Below are positions 52,642 through 64,000 of a stretch of DNA of 64,000 nucleotides, piece after piece (positions within the stretch are counted from its first letter, which is position 1; every line of letters begins with the position of its first letter). Source of the DNA: Toensbergia leucococca. Its lineage: Eukaryota. Below the pieces are notes generated by a model. The model had not been told where the DNA came from and made no database searches. It saw only the letters and a program-made list of their open reading frames with translations. A program made the translations under genes and the position numbers. Where the stretch lies: positions 1 through 64,000 of the forward strand of contig JALDZS010000065.1 of assembly GCA_022813965.1 (NCBI GenBank), read 5' to 3'.

Positions 52642-54710
52642 ATGACCGATTTAGACGAAACTTTACAAGCGTCAATTCAAAATCAATTACGGAAGGAAGA
52701 GAGCGATGAACCTAGAAGGCGAATCTCAAAATCACCATCCAGACTGAGATCTTGGTCCTCACATGAACTTGGCCCGACCTTGTCACCGTCGCCGTCCTTC
52801 TCCGAAGGTACAAGGAGAACATCCAAAGATGACATCGATGTCGCACTTAGTCCCGTCACTCCCAAGAGGCCCAGCTTTCCTCGCGGTTTGAGTCTGCAGA
52901 TGCCAGCGAAAGACATCAACAGCACCAGTACCGCCAATTCAACGACCCGTCCTCCTTTGTCACCCAAGCCTGACCCCTCGGTTTCGTACGGATCCCCAGG
53001 TTCAGTCATTCCTCGTCGATCACGAGGACTGGATTTCTCAAGAGCTTGTACGAATCTACACCACTCCACCCTAGCCGATCAATCATCACCAGATTCATCA
53101 CCCACAATTGGCGCACGAGGGATGATGATTCCGCCTCGAAAGGGTCTTCATCATGCCTCAAGCATTTCAATGATTCCAGACTCTCCGGGTAGCATGCAAA
53201 GCTCTCTTTGGTCGACTACGGCAAACCCTGAAAGGGTAGGGATATCAAGCTCAGTGGGCAGTGTTAACATGATGGACTTCGATTCGGGGAGTACGTCTTC
53301 CGATGGCGATAATGACATGGGTCACATTGAAGACGAAGATACTATTCACACGACTCCACAAGTCTACAGACTTGGCACGAGTCCTTTCGCCTACGGTAGC
53401 GTCCTCAGTCCCGGTGGTGATGCCTTTGGTGGCTCTTCGTCTGCGGCCATAAATTTGATGAGCTTTCAACGAGCTCGGCTCAGGTCTGGCAGAAGCAGGA
53501 AGAGCTCTAGCAGTGCTAGTGGGCATAGCTCCATGCATAGTCCGGGCCCGGTATCGCCACCTCTACTGAAGAGTATTGAAGGCAGTCTCCATGGTGGCTA
53601 CTTTCCGAAAGACCTTATAAAGAAAGATATCGAGTCACGGCGGGAAAGCTTAAGTTTAGGTACGAACGACCTGCATTTATCTGATGATGGTGAAAGCGAC
53701 GAAGGTGGGATTTCCCGAATGAGTCCAAGTGAAAACGGTAGTATTCCAACGCCGGTCACGCCCAATTTGGACGAAAGGAAGAACGTTATTCGAAGAGCGG
53801 TCACCAGGAGGGGAAACATGCTAGTGAGTCTTTACCACAGAAAGATGCAAGTTTTCACTATTGACAGTAAGTTTAGCCTAAACCAAAGAATTTCGCACGA
53901 ATAAGGGCTGCTCTCCAAGAAGAGTGCGCACCTGTCGATTCTGAAGTCAGAAGAGAGGCGGAGGTGATTCGGCAGGTGCGTGAGAGTGATGTGGAAAGTG
54001 AAATTATTTTACAACCCCCGCAGCCGACAACTACAGCTTCTTCGCCAACTATAATAGCTCAGACGGCAGGGCCGTTCGATTTACTTGAAGACATTCCGGA
54101 AGATGAGATGATCATAGGTAGTGGGCTCTCAACTGGAAGGCGCTCCTCAAGCACTTTCAATCACCAGGCAATGGTGAACTCTGGTGGTCTCGAGTTTTGG
54201 AACAGTTTTGACGAAAGAATGCGAACGCCACCTCCATCTATGTTTCCTAGAGGCAGTTCGTCTGGAATCAGCGACGATATCAGCATGGATACTCCTCTTT
54301 CATCGGTTTATTCCGTAACTTCTCAACAGAACCCCGTAAGAGCAAGCCAGCCGGCGGCTTCCCGGTCCTCAACACCGCAGCCGCCAACAGAGATACCGCG
54401 AATGGTGAGCAACAAGCGCCGGCGAGACGATGATTTCGATCCCGGTTGCCTCAAACGCCGGGCCGTTTCGCCAGGAATGAGCCTGCAGAATAGCCCCATC
54501 TTACCGCAGTCGCCGTTGCAGAAGGATAGTGGATGGTGGGGCGTTCCCTTGAAGCCGAATCGAGAGGTACCCAGCGTTTCGGTCTCCGGGGATAGGGTGA
54601 GCAGTGGTGGGAGCGTTAGCAGTGGGAATGGATCGGGGCCTCCCAAACGGATTGGGTTTCAGGGGATGAATGATACCAATGATGGGTTGATGAATATGAG
54701 TATTGATTGA
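52642..54710 (+). CDS. Conserved Pezizomycotina Ser/Pro-rich hypothetical protein
   Basis: Two long ORFs joined by an intron (~53824-53877) giving RRGNML/PKPKNFARIRAALQEE...REAEVIRQVRE; further blocks SRGLDFSRACTNLHHSTL and KRRRDDDFDP...KRRAVSPGMS. Confidence 0.85.
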
Positions 54711-54946
54711 ATGGCTCCCGTGACTTTGGCGATTTGCTCGACTGATGCAGAGTGGGCCCGGTATGCTACCGGTTTTTTTTGATTGGAGGAGGGAGCTATG
54801 GATTCTTTGGCGGGTGGGATTGTTGGTGTTCTTTTGGTGCTGGTTCAGTCTCTAGATACCCCCAATAGCAGGACTCTGAGATATTTATTTCCCCTCCCCT
54901 TTTTCCACTTACGGTCACTAATCGGAGTTGATGCTTTTTTGGGTTA

Positions 54947-54965
54947 AGAGAGAGAGAGAGAGAGA
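54947..54965. repeat. (GA)n microsatellite
   Basis: Run of AG dinucleotides in the intergenic region. Confidence 0.8.
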
Positions 54966-55380
54966 AAGAGCCGTTGAAGTCTACACTCACGATTCAGAAT
55001 GTCAAAGCTATCGATGGGGCCATTATAGCATGGCTTTTTGTGAGAGAGCACGTACGAGAAGTCCAGGGTGTCTTTCATATAGGTAGGTAGGTAGGTTGGG
55101 TTTCTTAATTTACTAAGCATCATCGTTAAGTACATACTAATAACGTTGGACGCCAAAACGCATCACAAATTCTCTCCATTAAAGACCTCCGTCATTACGA
55201 ACATCCAATTGTCGCAGGAAAAGCTAACAGGTTCCAAATAGGTAGAAAAGGAATTCCACTTTGCACTTTTCTTCCTTCTTCCAATTCTGATGCGCCGTCA
55301 AATCAATAATCCTACCTACCTCTCTCTTACAGACCGTACTTACCCATGCCGATTGCGCCAAAAAAAAAAAAAAAGCCAAT

Positions 55381-57965
55381 TCAGATCAAGACCAGATTCA
55401 GAAGCTGCGAGTCCTCGCTCTCGTCAAAGTCCGCAATCGCTTGTCCCCACATCTCCTCCGGCAGCCAACAGGGACCAACGACTTCGTACTCCAACCCATC
55501 CGTCAGCACCAGCTCACGAGGAGCGCCCTCTTCAGACCCGTCACCAAATTGATCGTAACACACACGGAGCACGAACGGGACCTTTGCGCCATGCAGAATG
55601 AAGACAAGATCCCCCGGCTCCGCAGTCGTAGGCACGAGACAAATCTGGCGCTCCGTTGCCGTTGCCGCGAGGATACACAAGTCCGACTCCGGGTTGAAGT
55701 CTCGGACTTCGAAGCGGATGTCATCGGGAATGTGAGGAGGGACTATGCTTTTCGGGTGGAGGCCGAGTATCTGATCGATGAGGAAGCCTTGGACCGACAG
55801 TCGACCCAGGTCGCTTTGCTTCTGTGGAATGGCATTGGTAAAACCGCTTGCTGCATACTTGAAGTTGATGTAATGCCAGTTCTTTCGGAGGCTTATTGTA
55901 GATGTTGGAACTCGCCAGTCAGGAGTCCAGGTCGGCAGATCATGTGAATTTTCATCTCTGTGGGTAGAGAGTATGCAAAGAATGTCGAGGTTTAGATCGC
56001 GGTTGATGAGGTATTTGGCAAAGTACTGGTACACCTCGGAAACAGATGCCGAGTAGTCCACTCGCATTTTCTGCGTCTGCTGCAATGTGAGACATTGCGT
56101 ACCATAAGTAGAGCTCTCTTCCTCGGCCTGGGCAGTCTCGGAAGGAGGTTCAAAAGCGACGTCTGAGATTCCCAGCATCGAGTACACTTTGTCGCGAGGA
56201 TCTGTTGCATCAAACTCCCTGCCAACCATCAATAAATCCAGAATACCTCCAGCATGGTAGTACCAAATACTCCGAATGTCACCAGAGGGATTTATGAGTG
56301 GCTGGCCAAGTGACCAGCCACGACGGAGAAAACTGAGCGCTCGAAAAGCTTCGTGGTCATGGGGTGGAAGATCGGCGCAGCCTTCCATTTTGAGCTTTTG
56401 ATGTAGTCTCCACAACCGATTTGCTGATTGCTTCATAGAGTTCCAAGAGACCTCCTTTACCCCACATCTCACGACGACTCTCTTCGCGGTTGAGATCTCC
56501 TGTCGAATCCAACTGCGCCGAAACCAAGGCCGTTGAAAGAGATTTGATTGTGCTTGATAGAGTTCCTTCAAGCTTTCAATGCACGACGGCTTGTGTGTGC
56601 GTCTGAAAATCGATTCTCGATTCGTTCGGTTTGACAAGAATTGCATACCCTCCATCGCAAAATCACTCTGATGGTCACCTTCACCCAACCATACCAGGAC
56701 TGACACGGCTTCTCTGTATATGGACGCCATACGCTGAACCTGTTCATTTCTTTCGGCAACATCACTTTGATTAATACAGATAGCATCTACCCACATACGT
56801 CGGGGCCGATCTGAGCATCGGAGGGCATGCAGAGCTGAGAATAGATTTTGGCCGATTGGTAGGCTGTAGCCATTGCATTCAACTTCATGGGCCGGAGCGG
56901 GATCTCCCCAAGTGTATGAAAGCGCTTCATAATCCGATGCACGCTTTCCACTAGACTCCTTCGTGGCTACCTCATCTGACAGGGTAATCGGCGACAATGC
57001 TAAGACAATTGGATCATCCTGGGCCCCAGGTCGAAGACATAGTATTCTTGTTTGTCCATGGGAAAGTGGTTGGTAGATCTGAGTGTTTAATAAAGAGGTT
57101 TGTACTAGATCAGAAGTTTCTTCGAAGCGAACCTTGCTGAAGTCGCTTACCAAACCCGTGGAGAGATCTCGAGGAACAGCACTCAACCAACACTCGGACG
57201 AGCAAGTGGAGTATCGTGATGGAATGTCACTATGGTCTTGCGACACATCGGACACCGACGACAAGGAAGACCTTCGAGTCAGCTGTTCCCTCTCCCGCCA
57301 GAGGCTGCGACCACCCTCGTCGTCTGCCTTGGACGGATCCGAAGGAGACAACGGAAAATTATTAAGACCCCGCTGACGATCCTTTTCAATTCTTCTCTTG
57401 TCGTCTCCATGTAATTCGGAAAGATGTGGCGCCATTGTGACTTGCCCAACAGAACTTAGCACAGGTCCTGGATTGAAGCAATCGATATCGAACTTGCCAG
57501 TGATATCGAACGGTATTGACATTCCTGTGGGTATTTCGACTTTGTCCTTGGTTATCTTCCCGGCTGCTACCAGAGCGCGAAAAAATTGAGCGTCTAGACG
57601 ACTTTGATCCTCTTGCTCGGAATCGTTCCACTCCCGTTTAGCAGCTGGCAAGTCCTTCATAAGAGCTTCTATTGGACTCCAAGTTTCTTCGGTTCGCCTA
57701 CAAAGTCATCAGTACGGCAATCTGATATACCATGGTAGCTAAAGTGATAGAACCTGATTGACGGGGATTTCGAGAATTGGTCCCTGCGCTCATTTCGTGA
57801 GTCACTATCTAGAAGACGGAATGTCCCATCATGAAATTGAGTGAAGTAGAAGTTTCCGTCGCCCACTGATTCCCCCGGTGTCCCATCTTCTGTGATCCAT
57901 CGCATTTTGCCGTCCACGATCATAGCAGCTCGCCCATCCCGTGCCTGCTCAGCGTCGTGATCCAT
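55381..57965 (-). CDS. HET-domain (heterokaryon incompatibility, HET-6-like) protein with N-terminal extension
   Basis: YQPL...RILCL; YEALSYTWG; NLFSAL; MWVDAICINQSDVAERNEQVQRMASIY; PWFRRSWIRQE; ATDPRDKVYSMLG; LPTWTPDW; GDLVFILHGAKVPFVLR. The upstream ORF (MDHDAEQ at 57965) can join in frame through a 56-bp intron; that 5' exon is less certain. Confidence 0.88.
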
Positions 57966-58973
57966 CGTGTTTGAACCGACTCTGCTCAGAGCTGGTGGAG
58001 AATAAGTGGACTCCAGCTTCGTTAGTATCAAGTACTTATCCAGAGCCAACAGAGGGATGTGAAAGAGTTCAAACACGAGCGATATTGAATTGCTTTTACT
58101 CCCAACTGATACTAGTATGATCTGTTCGTTTGATAGGATGAGCGAAGCAGAGAGCGAATCTCATGAGGAGGCTGTTCGCGCCCACGCCAAGGCAGCCAAG
58201 GCAGCGACCCTCGGACCAACTTAGACGACATCCATTTCTCGATGCCGTGGTTGGAACATCCTCACAACTGTCATTAGTTTTTCTTACACTTATCAGACTC
58301 CGAATCATCTTAATGACTCAGCTCCTTTCATTTACGGTGACAACCTTTGCATGGTAAGTGATGGTTGACATAATTCTTCCTCCCTGGATAATTTAATATC
58401 TTGATGCTGTTTCAAGATTCTGCGGTTGCTCCCCCTTAGAATATGGCCATTCTAGAGGTTCAACCAGCCTTACTGTAAGAGAGAACAAAAGGCATTTGAT
58501 AGAGGGGAACAACGGGATTTGTCTGAAAGGAGGCGGACAGGAGAGGCCTTGTGTGAAGGACATGAATGATACCGGTGATCATAAAACCATCTCAGTAAAC
58601 AGTAATAGATTTCAGTATAATATTCGGGTCCCTAAGAACCCCGCGAGGCGATGGAGGTAGGGGTAAGCGTGTCGCACTTGGTGCGGATGGCAGAGTGTTT
58701 CAGGCCTTCAAATCAAAGTCGATGTTCATTAGATCGCACGCAATAGATTAGAGGTCGAGAGGTGGAGAAATGAAATCACGTTGTTCCCTAGAATAGGAGA
58801 ATAGATAGAACAAACAAGCGATACTGTGAATTTGTTGCCCGGATAGAGCTGCGGAGGGTGGATGGTGTCACTTCACAAGAGCAATATCGTACAGCGTTGA
58901 GAGGACGTAATGTCACAAATTCACCGCCTGCACTGAACCAACAAACCACTTCACGACCATTTTTCACCTAGCC

Positions 58974-60250
58974 ATGACCTCAGACCACGCCGCAGCCGTA
59001 TCCTCCTTTGTGGAAGGCGCACCCCCAGGAGAAGTGAGGCCCCTCCATCACTTCCAAACCCCCCTCTGACAAGCCAACAGCTCGCCGACGTCATAAAAGG
59101 TAGTCATCACCTCTCCACCATCTCCTCGAACCGGAAAACTTACAGCGAAACCCTCGATAGATATCAAAGCCCTCACTTTCAAAGAACCCAGCCTGCTCCA
59201 CGCGGCGCAATCGGCGTTGGAGAAATACAACGAGGAGCAGTTGGCGACGGTCAAGCTTCCAGGGAGTGATCAGCATGTTAGTTGAGTGTGGATTGTCCGA
59301 GTGAAGAGGGGAAACATGCGGTTAATTGTGGGACGATAGGTCCTCATCAGCTCGTACAATGCCCTTGACGGGGGCAGATACTATGACATGGAGAGCCAGA
59401 GCTCCTTCGCCTTCGACCACACCACTCAAGTGCGCCTCGAGATCACTTTCATTCGAATGATTGCAATCACTGACATCTTTCAGAAAGCCTCGGACGTCGA
59501 ATCCTACATACTAAATACACAGCACACCTCCCTCATGTACCACTCCTCTCCACCCATACTCAACCCCCACATAAAACTTACCGCCAACACAGCACCTCCC
59601 TCTCCAAAGCCCTATCCATCCATGCCCACGAACACTACCCCACCTCAACCCACGCAGTTTTCCCCACCAGCTCCGATAAAGCCCTTGCAATCCTCCTTGT
59701 ATCAAACAAATACTCACCCTCAAACTTCTGGTAAGTACTCCTCCCCCCACGACCCAAAAAACCAAGAGAAAAAAAAGCCCCCACGCACCCCCAACCCCCA
59801 CCCAGACTAACCCCTCCCCCACCCTAGGAACGGCCGCTGGCGCTCCACCTACCTCTACACCCCCACGATCAGCACGCTAAGCGGCACGCTCAAAGTCTCC
59901 GTCCACTACTACGAAGACGGCAACGTACGCCTCACAACCTCCAAACCGCTTTCCATCTCGCTCCCCGGCTCCCCCACAGCAGGCGAAATAATCAAACAGA
60001 TCGCCAACGTCGAGAAAAGGTACCAAGAGGAACTAAACCGGGGCTTTGCGGCGCTGAGTGAAGGCAGCTTCAAGGGCCTGAGGAGGCAATTGCCTGTGAC
60101 GCGGCAGAAGGTGGAGTGGGAGAAGATTATGAGCTATCGGGTGAGTTTTCTTGTCTTCTTTTCGCCATGCGTGGAACTTTGGGGGATTGAAGTGCTGACT
60201 AGGGTGTGCTGCAGTTGGGACAGGATATTGGAGGTGGAAGGGGGCGATAG
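58974..60250 (+). CDS. CAP1: F-actin capping protein alpha subunit
   Basis: SSFVEGAPPGE/LADVIK; EKYNEEQ; KYSPSNFW/NGRWRS; VHYYEDGNVRL; FKGLRRQLPVTRQKVEWEKI; many short introns, so absent from the ORF track as one piece. Confidence 0.93.
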
Positions 60251-60685
60251 AGAAGTAGGTGACAAAGATGGAGGTATGAGTTGATGCAGAGGGGCAGGAA
60301 GTGGCGAGTAAGTGCAAGTAAACCGAAAGCAGACGGGCCATCGAGGTCTATTACCTACGCATCTAACATCATCAATCTCCTGTGAAAACTACTCAAGCCC
60401 CTTTCTATTTCAGATTCACCTAGTTCAACAAATTTGGTATTCCTGCTGGAATGATACCCCCAATACAAGGAAAACTCCACAGAAATGCTCAAAAAGCCTC
60501 GTCCAACCCAGGCGCTCCTCCCAACAATTGAGAACACCATACACCCACCAGATGCAAGTAAGATCATCAACCATCGTGCCCAAAAAACAAAAACAAAAAA
60601 CTCAGTCACTGTTCAAAAAAAGCCATCTACCCCACCAATACAAATCTACTAAAATGCCCGAAACGCCCATGCTTTCATAACATAA

Positions 60686-63600
60686 TCATCTCGCGACCGA
60701 CCGCCCATAAAATACCAAATACGCCTGCTCGTTCTGCAACCTCTGCTCCGGTCGGACTTTATTAGGATCAAAATCCGTCGCTCTCTCATCATCAAATTTC
60801 CGCCAGCAGCCCCGAGCCGCGTCCCGCACAAGCGAGATATAATGCCCGCCATTCCCCGATTGGCCCAAATGCCGCATGACAGCATACGCATCGTACAGAT
60901 ACGGTGGCGTAGTCGCCGCGTCGATCTTGTCGCCGTTCACTGCGTCCGGATCGACTGGTCCGGCGGCGGGAACCATATAAGGTTCCATGTTTAAACCGTG
61001 CAAGGGAAATTGGATCGGGGTGTGCACTTTCCTAGCGGACTCGGTCTTGGAGGCCGAAAAGCGCTTGAAATGGATGACGAGGAACTGGGGCGCGCGGGTA
61101 ATGGTAATTCGTTTGGTGGCCTCGCGTTCGCATTTGCAGTGCGGACACTTCCAAACTTCGTCGCCGCTCAGCATTTCCTCTTGGCAATAGCTATGGAGGC
61201 AGTCGCGAATGTCGCCGCGGCCGGAGTGGGGTATTTCGACGCTGATGGAGTAAAAGGCTTCATAGGTGGTCGAGGTGTTTCGGCACGTGGTGCAACGTAG
61301 GCGGCTAGAGTGCTGACCGGCAAATAGGCTGGAGATGAACGAAGATTCGCGGTGGCAATAGCGGGTCCATTCCAGTTTGGAAACGTGGTGGACAGACATA
61401 CGTTCGCGTGCCATTTCTTCTTTCATTGTGAGTGGTCTCAGTGGGTTACGCTCCCAATTAATATTAAGATCTTCGTGTAAGCAGTCGACGAGGAAGTCGA
61501 AGAACTCTTTGGCATCTTGCTGTCTGTCAACGCCCCACTCGGGATTCAGCCGAGCGCAGAAGTTCCTCAAAGACGTTGGACGGACGGCTTGTACATCCCC
61601 ACGCCACAAACTTCTTACTAAGTTGGCATATATTTCAGGCATGATACCATTAGAGCCTTTCCAATTCTTCTGGATGTAGTCGCGCCATCTGTTGTCAAGG
61701 AAGAATTGCGAGAGGGGAATAGTGGCAAGAAGACATTGGATTGTGGCGTTCATGTAACAAGTAACGGAGAAGTTGATCAGGCCAGTCCGAGGCAGTTTGA
61801 GGTAATGCGTAATAGCTCGTGAGGTGTAAAGCGGAGGCTGAACTAATGACCCTTGTCTCGAAGTGGGGGAGAGCTGAGATGATTGTCGTTCTGATACACC
61901 ACTGTAGCTGGGACGAGGCACTGCTGGCGCTGGTCGAGAAGGGACATTGGGAATTGAAGGAGCTGGCCGGGCAGGTGGCAATGGACTTGGAACGACCATG
62001 GATTGATGCATCGCAGATGGCTCCGGGAACTTCCTAAGAAATTCCTCGTAACTGCGAAAGAACGGAGAGACAGGTTCCTCAGATATTGAGTCTCCTTCTC
62101 CATCGCTCTGTGCATTCTGATATTCGGCTTCTTCTACTCCTTCATCGCGTGCCTTTTCGAGCCATGACCCTACCTCCTCAGCGTCTAAAGGATCATAAAC
62201 GCGCAATCTGCGCCTTCGCACTTCCAGGCTGGAATTGGAGGTAGCCATAGGTACCCTACCAATTGGCCGCCCTGGCTTGTTCGATGGGACTCGCAGGCGG
62301 GTAGATCCAACAAGAGCTGCGGTCCTCGATGTCTGAAGAGCCTGACGACCGACCAGATCGACCCAGGCATCAAGACCTCCAAATAGTATGACTGGAGGCC
62401 GCCGTAATTGTTTATAGTAACTGAATTCATAGATGGTGTCATGCAAAGCTCTCAATGCGGGCGCCTCATTGCCGTTGGGCGAACCTGTCAAGAACTTGGT
62501 TGACTTTGTTTCTTGGTCGTAATATATGACAATGTCGAATTCATTTCTCTGCTCAAACAGCATTTGCTCCGATGCTGGAGAGACGATCAGTCTCTCTTCC
62601 AGCTCCTCGGCCGTGACGCCGGATCTTAGGCCTAACGGTTCGATGCACACAATCGACTTGGCGAATATGTGTCCCTGATCGTATTCTTCACGGCTCCGAA
62701 CATCAATGATAAGAATGTTATAGGACCGAAGAAAATCGTACAGCTCATTAGCTGTGATAGATGCTGCACGAGGCAGATCTAAAGACCTCGACTTTGTGGA
62801 GGCAACACTATTGCTCGCATCACTTGGTTGACGAGAATGACAGCTCCCGTCCATTGATGTAGCATCATTGGAAGGTGTTGGTATGATTTGAGAGGATCTC
62901 GTGCCGGTGCTAACAACACTCCTCAAGTTACTTCGAGGAGGCGAAGTTCCAGCGGGCATCTGCACATTTCTTGCAGGACTGTAAGTAGGACTGGGAGCCC
63001 TCGGTAATGAGTCCACGATTATTGTATCAAGAGGTAGCTTAGGTGGATGTGGAGGTGGCACATAAGGTGGTGGTGGCGGCATATCGCGAGGTCCAGATGG
63101 CGTCTTTTGCTCTATCTTAGTCAATATTGAGGTACCTGCTGGTATTCTCAATTGCGCAAAACGGTCTGCAAGTAAGTCCGATGATGTAGAGCTCGAACTT
63201 CCATTTGGCAGCCTCGTATGACCATGCATCCCCTCAGGCTTAGGATGCACCACAGGTCTCTGTTTCAATGCCGATGAGTTAAATTGCGAAGAAAGATGGC
63301 CTTGACCTAGCGGGCGAGTCTGCCCTTGCAAAGATTCATATTTCGGAGGAGGGCCCAGGAATAGCTCATCAGCATCACGACGATCAGATGCTGATCCGTC
63401 CGGCACGGAAAGAGGACGTCTAATAATCTGAGAATTCTGGCGATTCTGTTCATTAGGATCCGTGATAGGATTTAGAATTGGGGCTGTCGAAGATGGCTGA
63501 ATACCGCATCTGATATTATCTTCGACAATCATGTTATAGATTTCTTTGAACATATCGTGCTGACCATCATTTTCCTGGGCCAGCTTCCATTAGCTTTCCG

Positions 63601-64000
63601 CATAAATGGGATTGTCTCTCCACAAGATTGGAGGACGTAGTCCATACTTGACATTATTCGTGGGCTCAATGGCAGCATTACTAACCTTGCAGATAGACTT
63701 GTAGACTCTATACCACTCCCCACGATCTCCATTCAAGGTGGGGTAATCCTTGTGACGGGGTATGAGGTTTAAAACCATCTCAGAGCTAACGAGGTATTCC
63801 ACATAAGCCAGATCCGGTCTTTTGAAAGTAACATCGGCACTGGCTTGTTTTGCCGCTTGCTGAGCGCGGGAAAGAAGGGACCGTATCTGATCGGAAATAG
63901 TCAGAGGCCAAAACCCGGATATCGCTGGATCCCCAAGCAGATAGCGAACAATATGAAGACGTACCGGCATGTGAATTGAACCATTGGTTGCTGCGACCGC
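60686..64000 (-). CDS. DOA4: Ubiquitin-specific protease Doa4/Ubp4 (rhodanese + USP C19), 5' partial
   Basis: FKRPDLAYVEYL...IPRHKDYP; rhodanese IIDVRSREEYDQGHI; Cys box TGLINFSVTCYMNA; QQDAKEFF; His box HLGQSGNGGHY. The first exon appears to run past the window edge. Confidence 0.92.

Overview
Intron-rich eukaryotic DNA from a filamentous ascomycete (Pezizomycotina; a lichen-forming Lecanoromycete is plausible but only inferred). It is mostly housekeeping genes: SWF1 DHHC palmitoyltransferase, RAP1, a CCCH/CHY zinc-finger protein, a DUF1752/DUF3295 protein, CCT5, HP1/Swi6, LSB5, KAR2/BiP, HBS1, CAP1 and a 5'-partial DOA4. Accessory genes are interspersed: a HeLo-like/NB-ARC/TPR NLR, a CYP52-like P450, a HET-domain protein and a Cys-rich two-module protein. 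The most notable observations are: (1) a 671-bp non-autonomous DNA transposon with ~120-bp TIRs and a perfect 8-bp TSD just upstream of SWF1; (2) an intact, capsid-only, solitary Ty1/copia gag ORF with a decayed zinc knuckle after its stop and no pol or visible LTRs, a candidate domesticated gag; (3) an HBS1 gene wired for alternative 3' splice sites giving Hbs1 and a GTPase-less Ski7-like isoform; (4) a recurring mirror-symmetric C-rich/G-rich strand-skew pattern, often centred on convergent gene ends, that overrides codon usage. Gene models were assembled by eye from splice signals and recalled protein motifs; no database searches were run.
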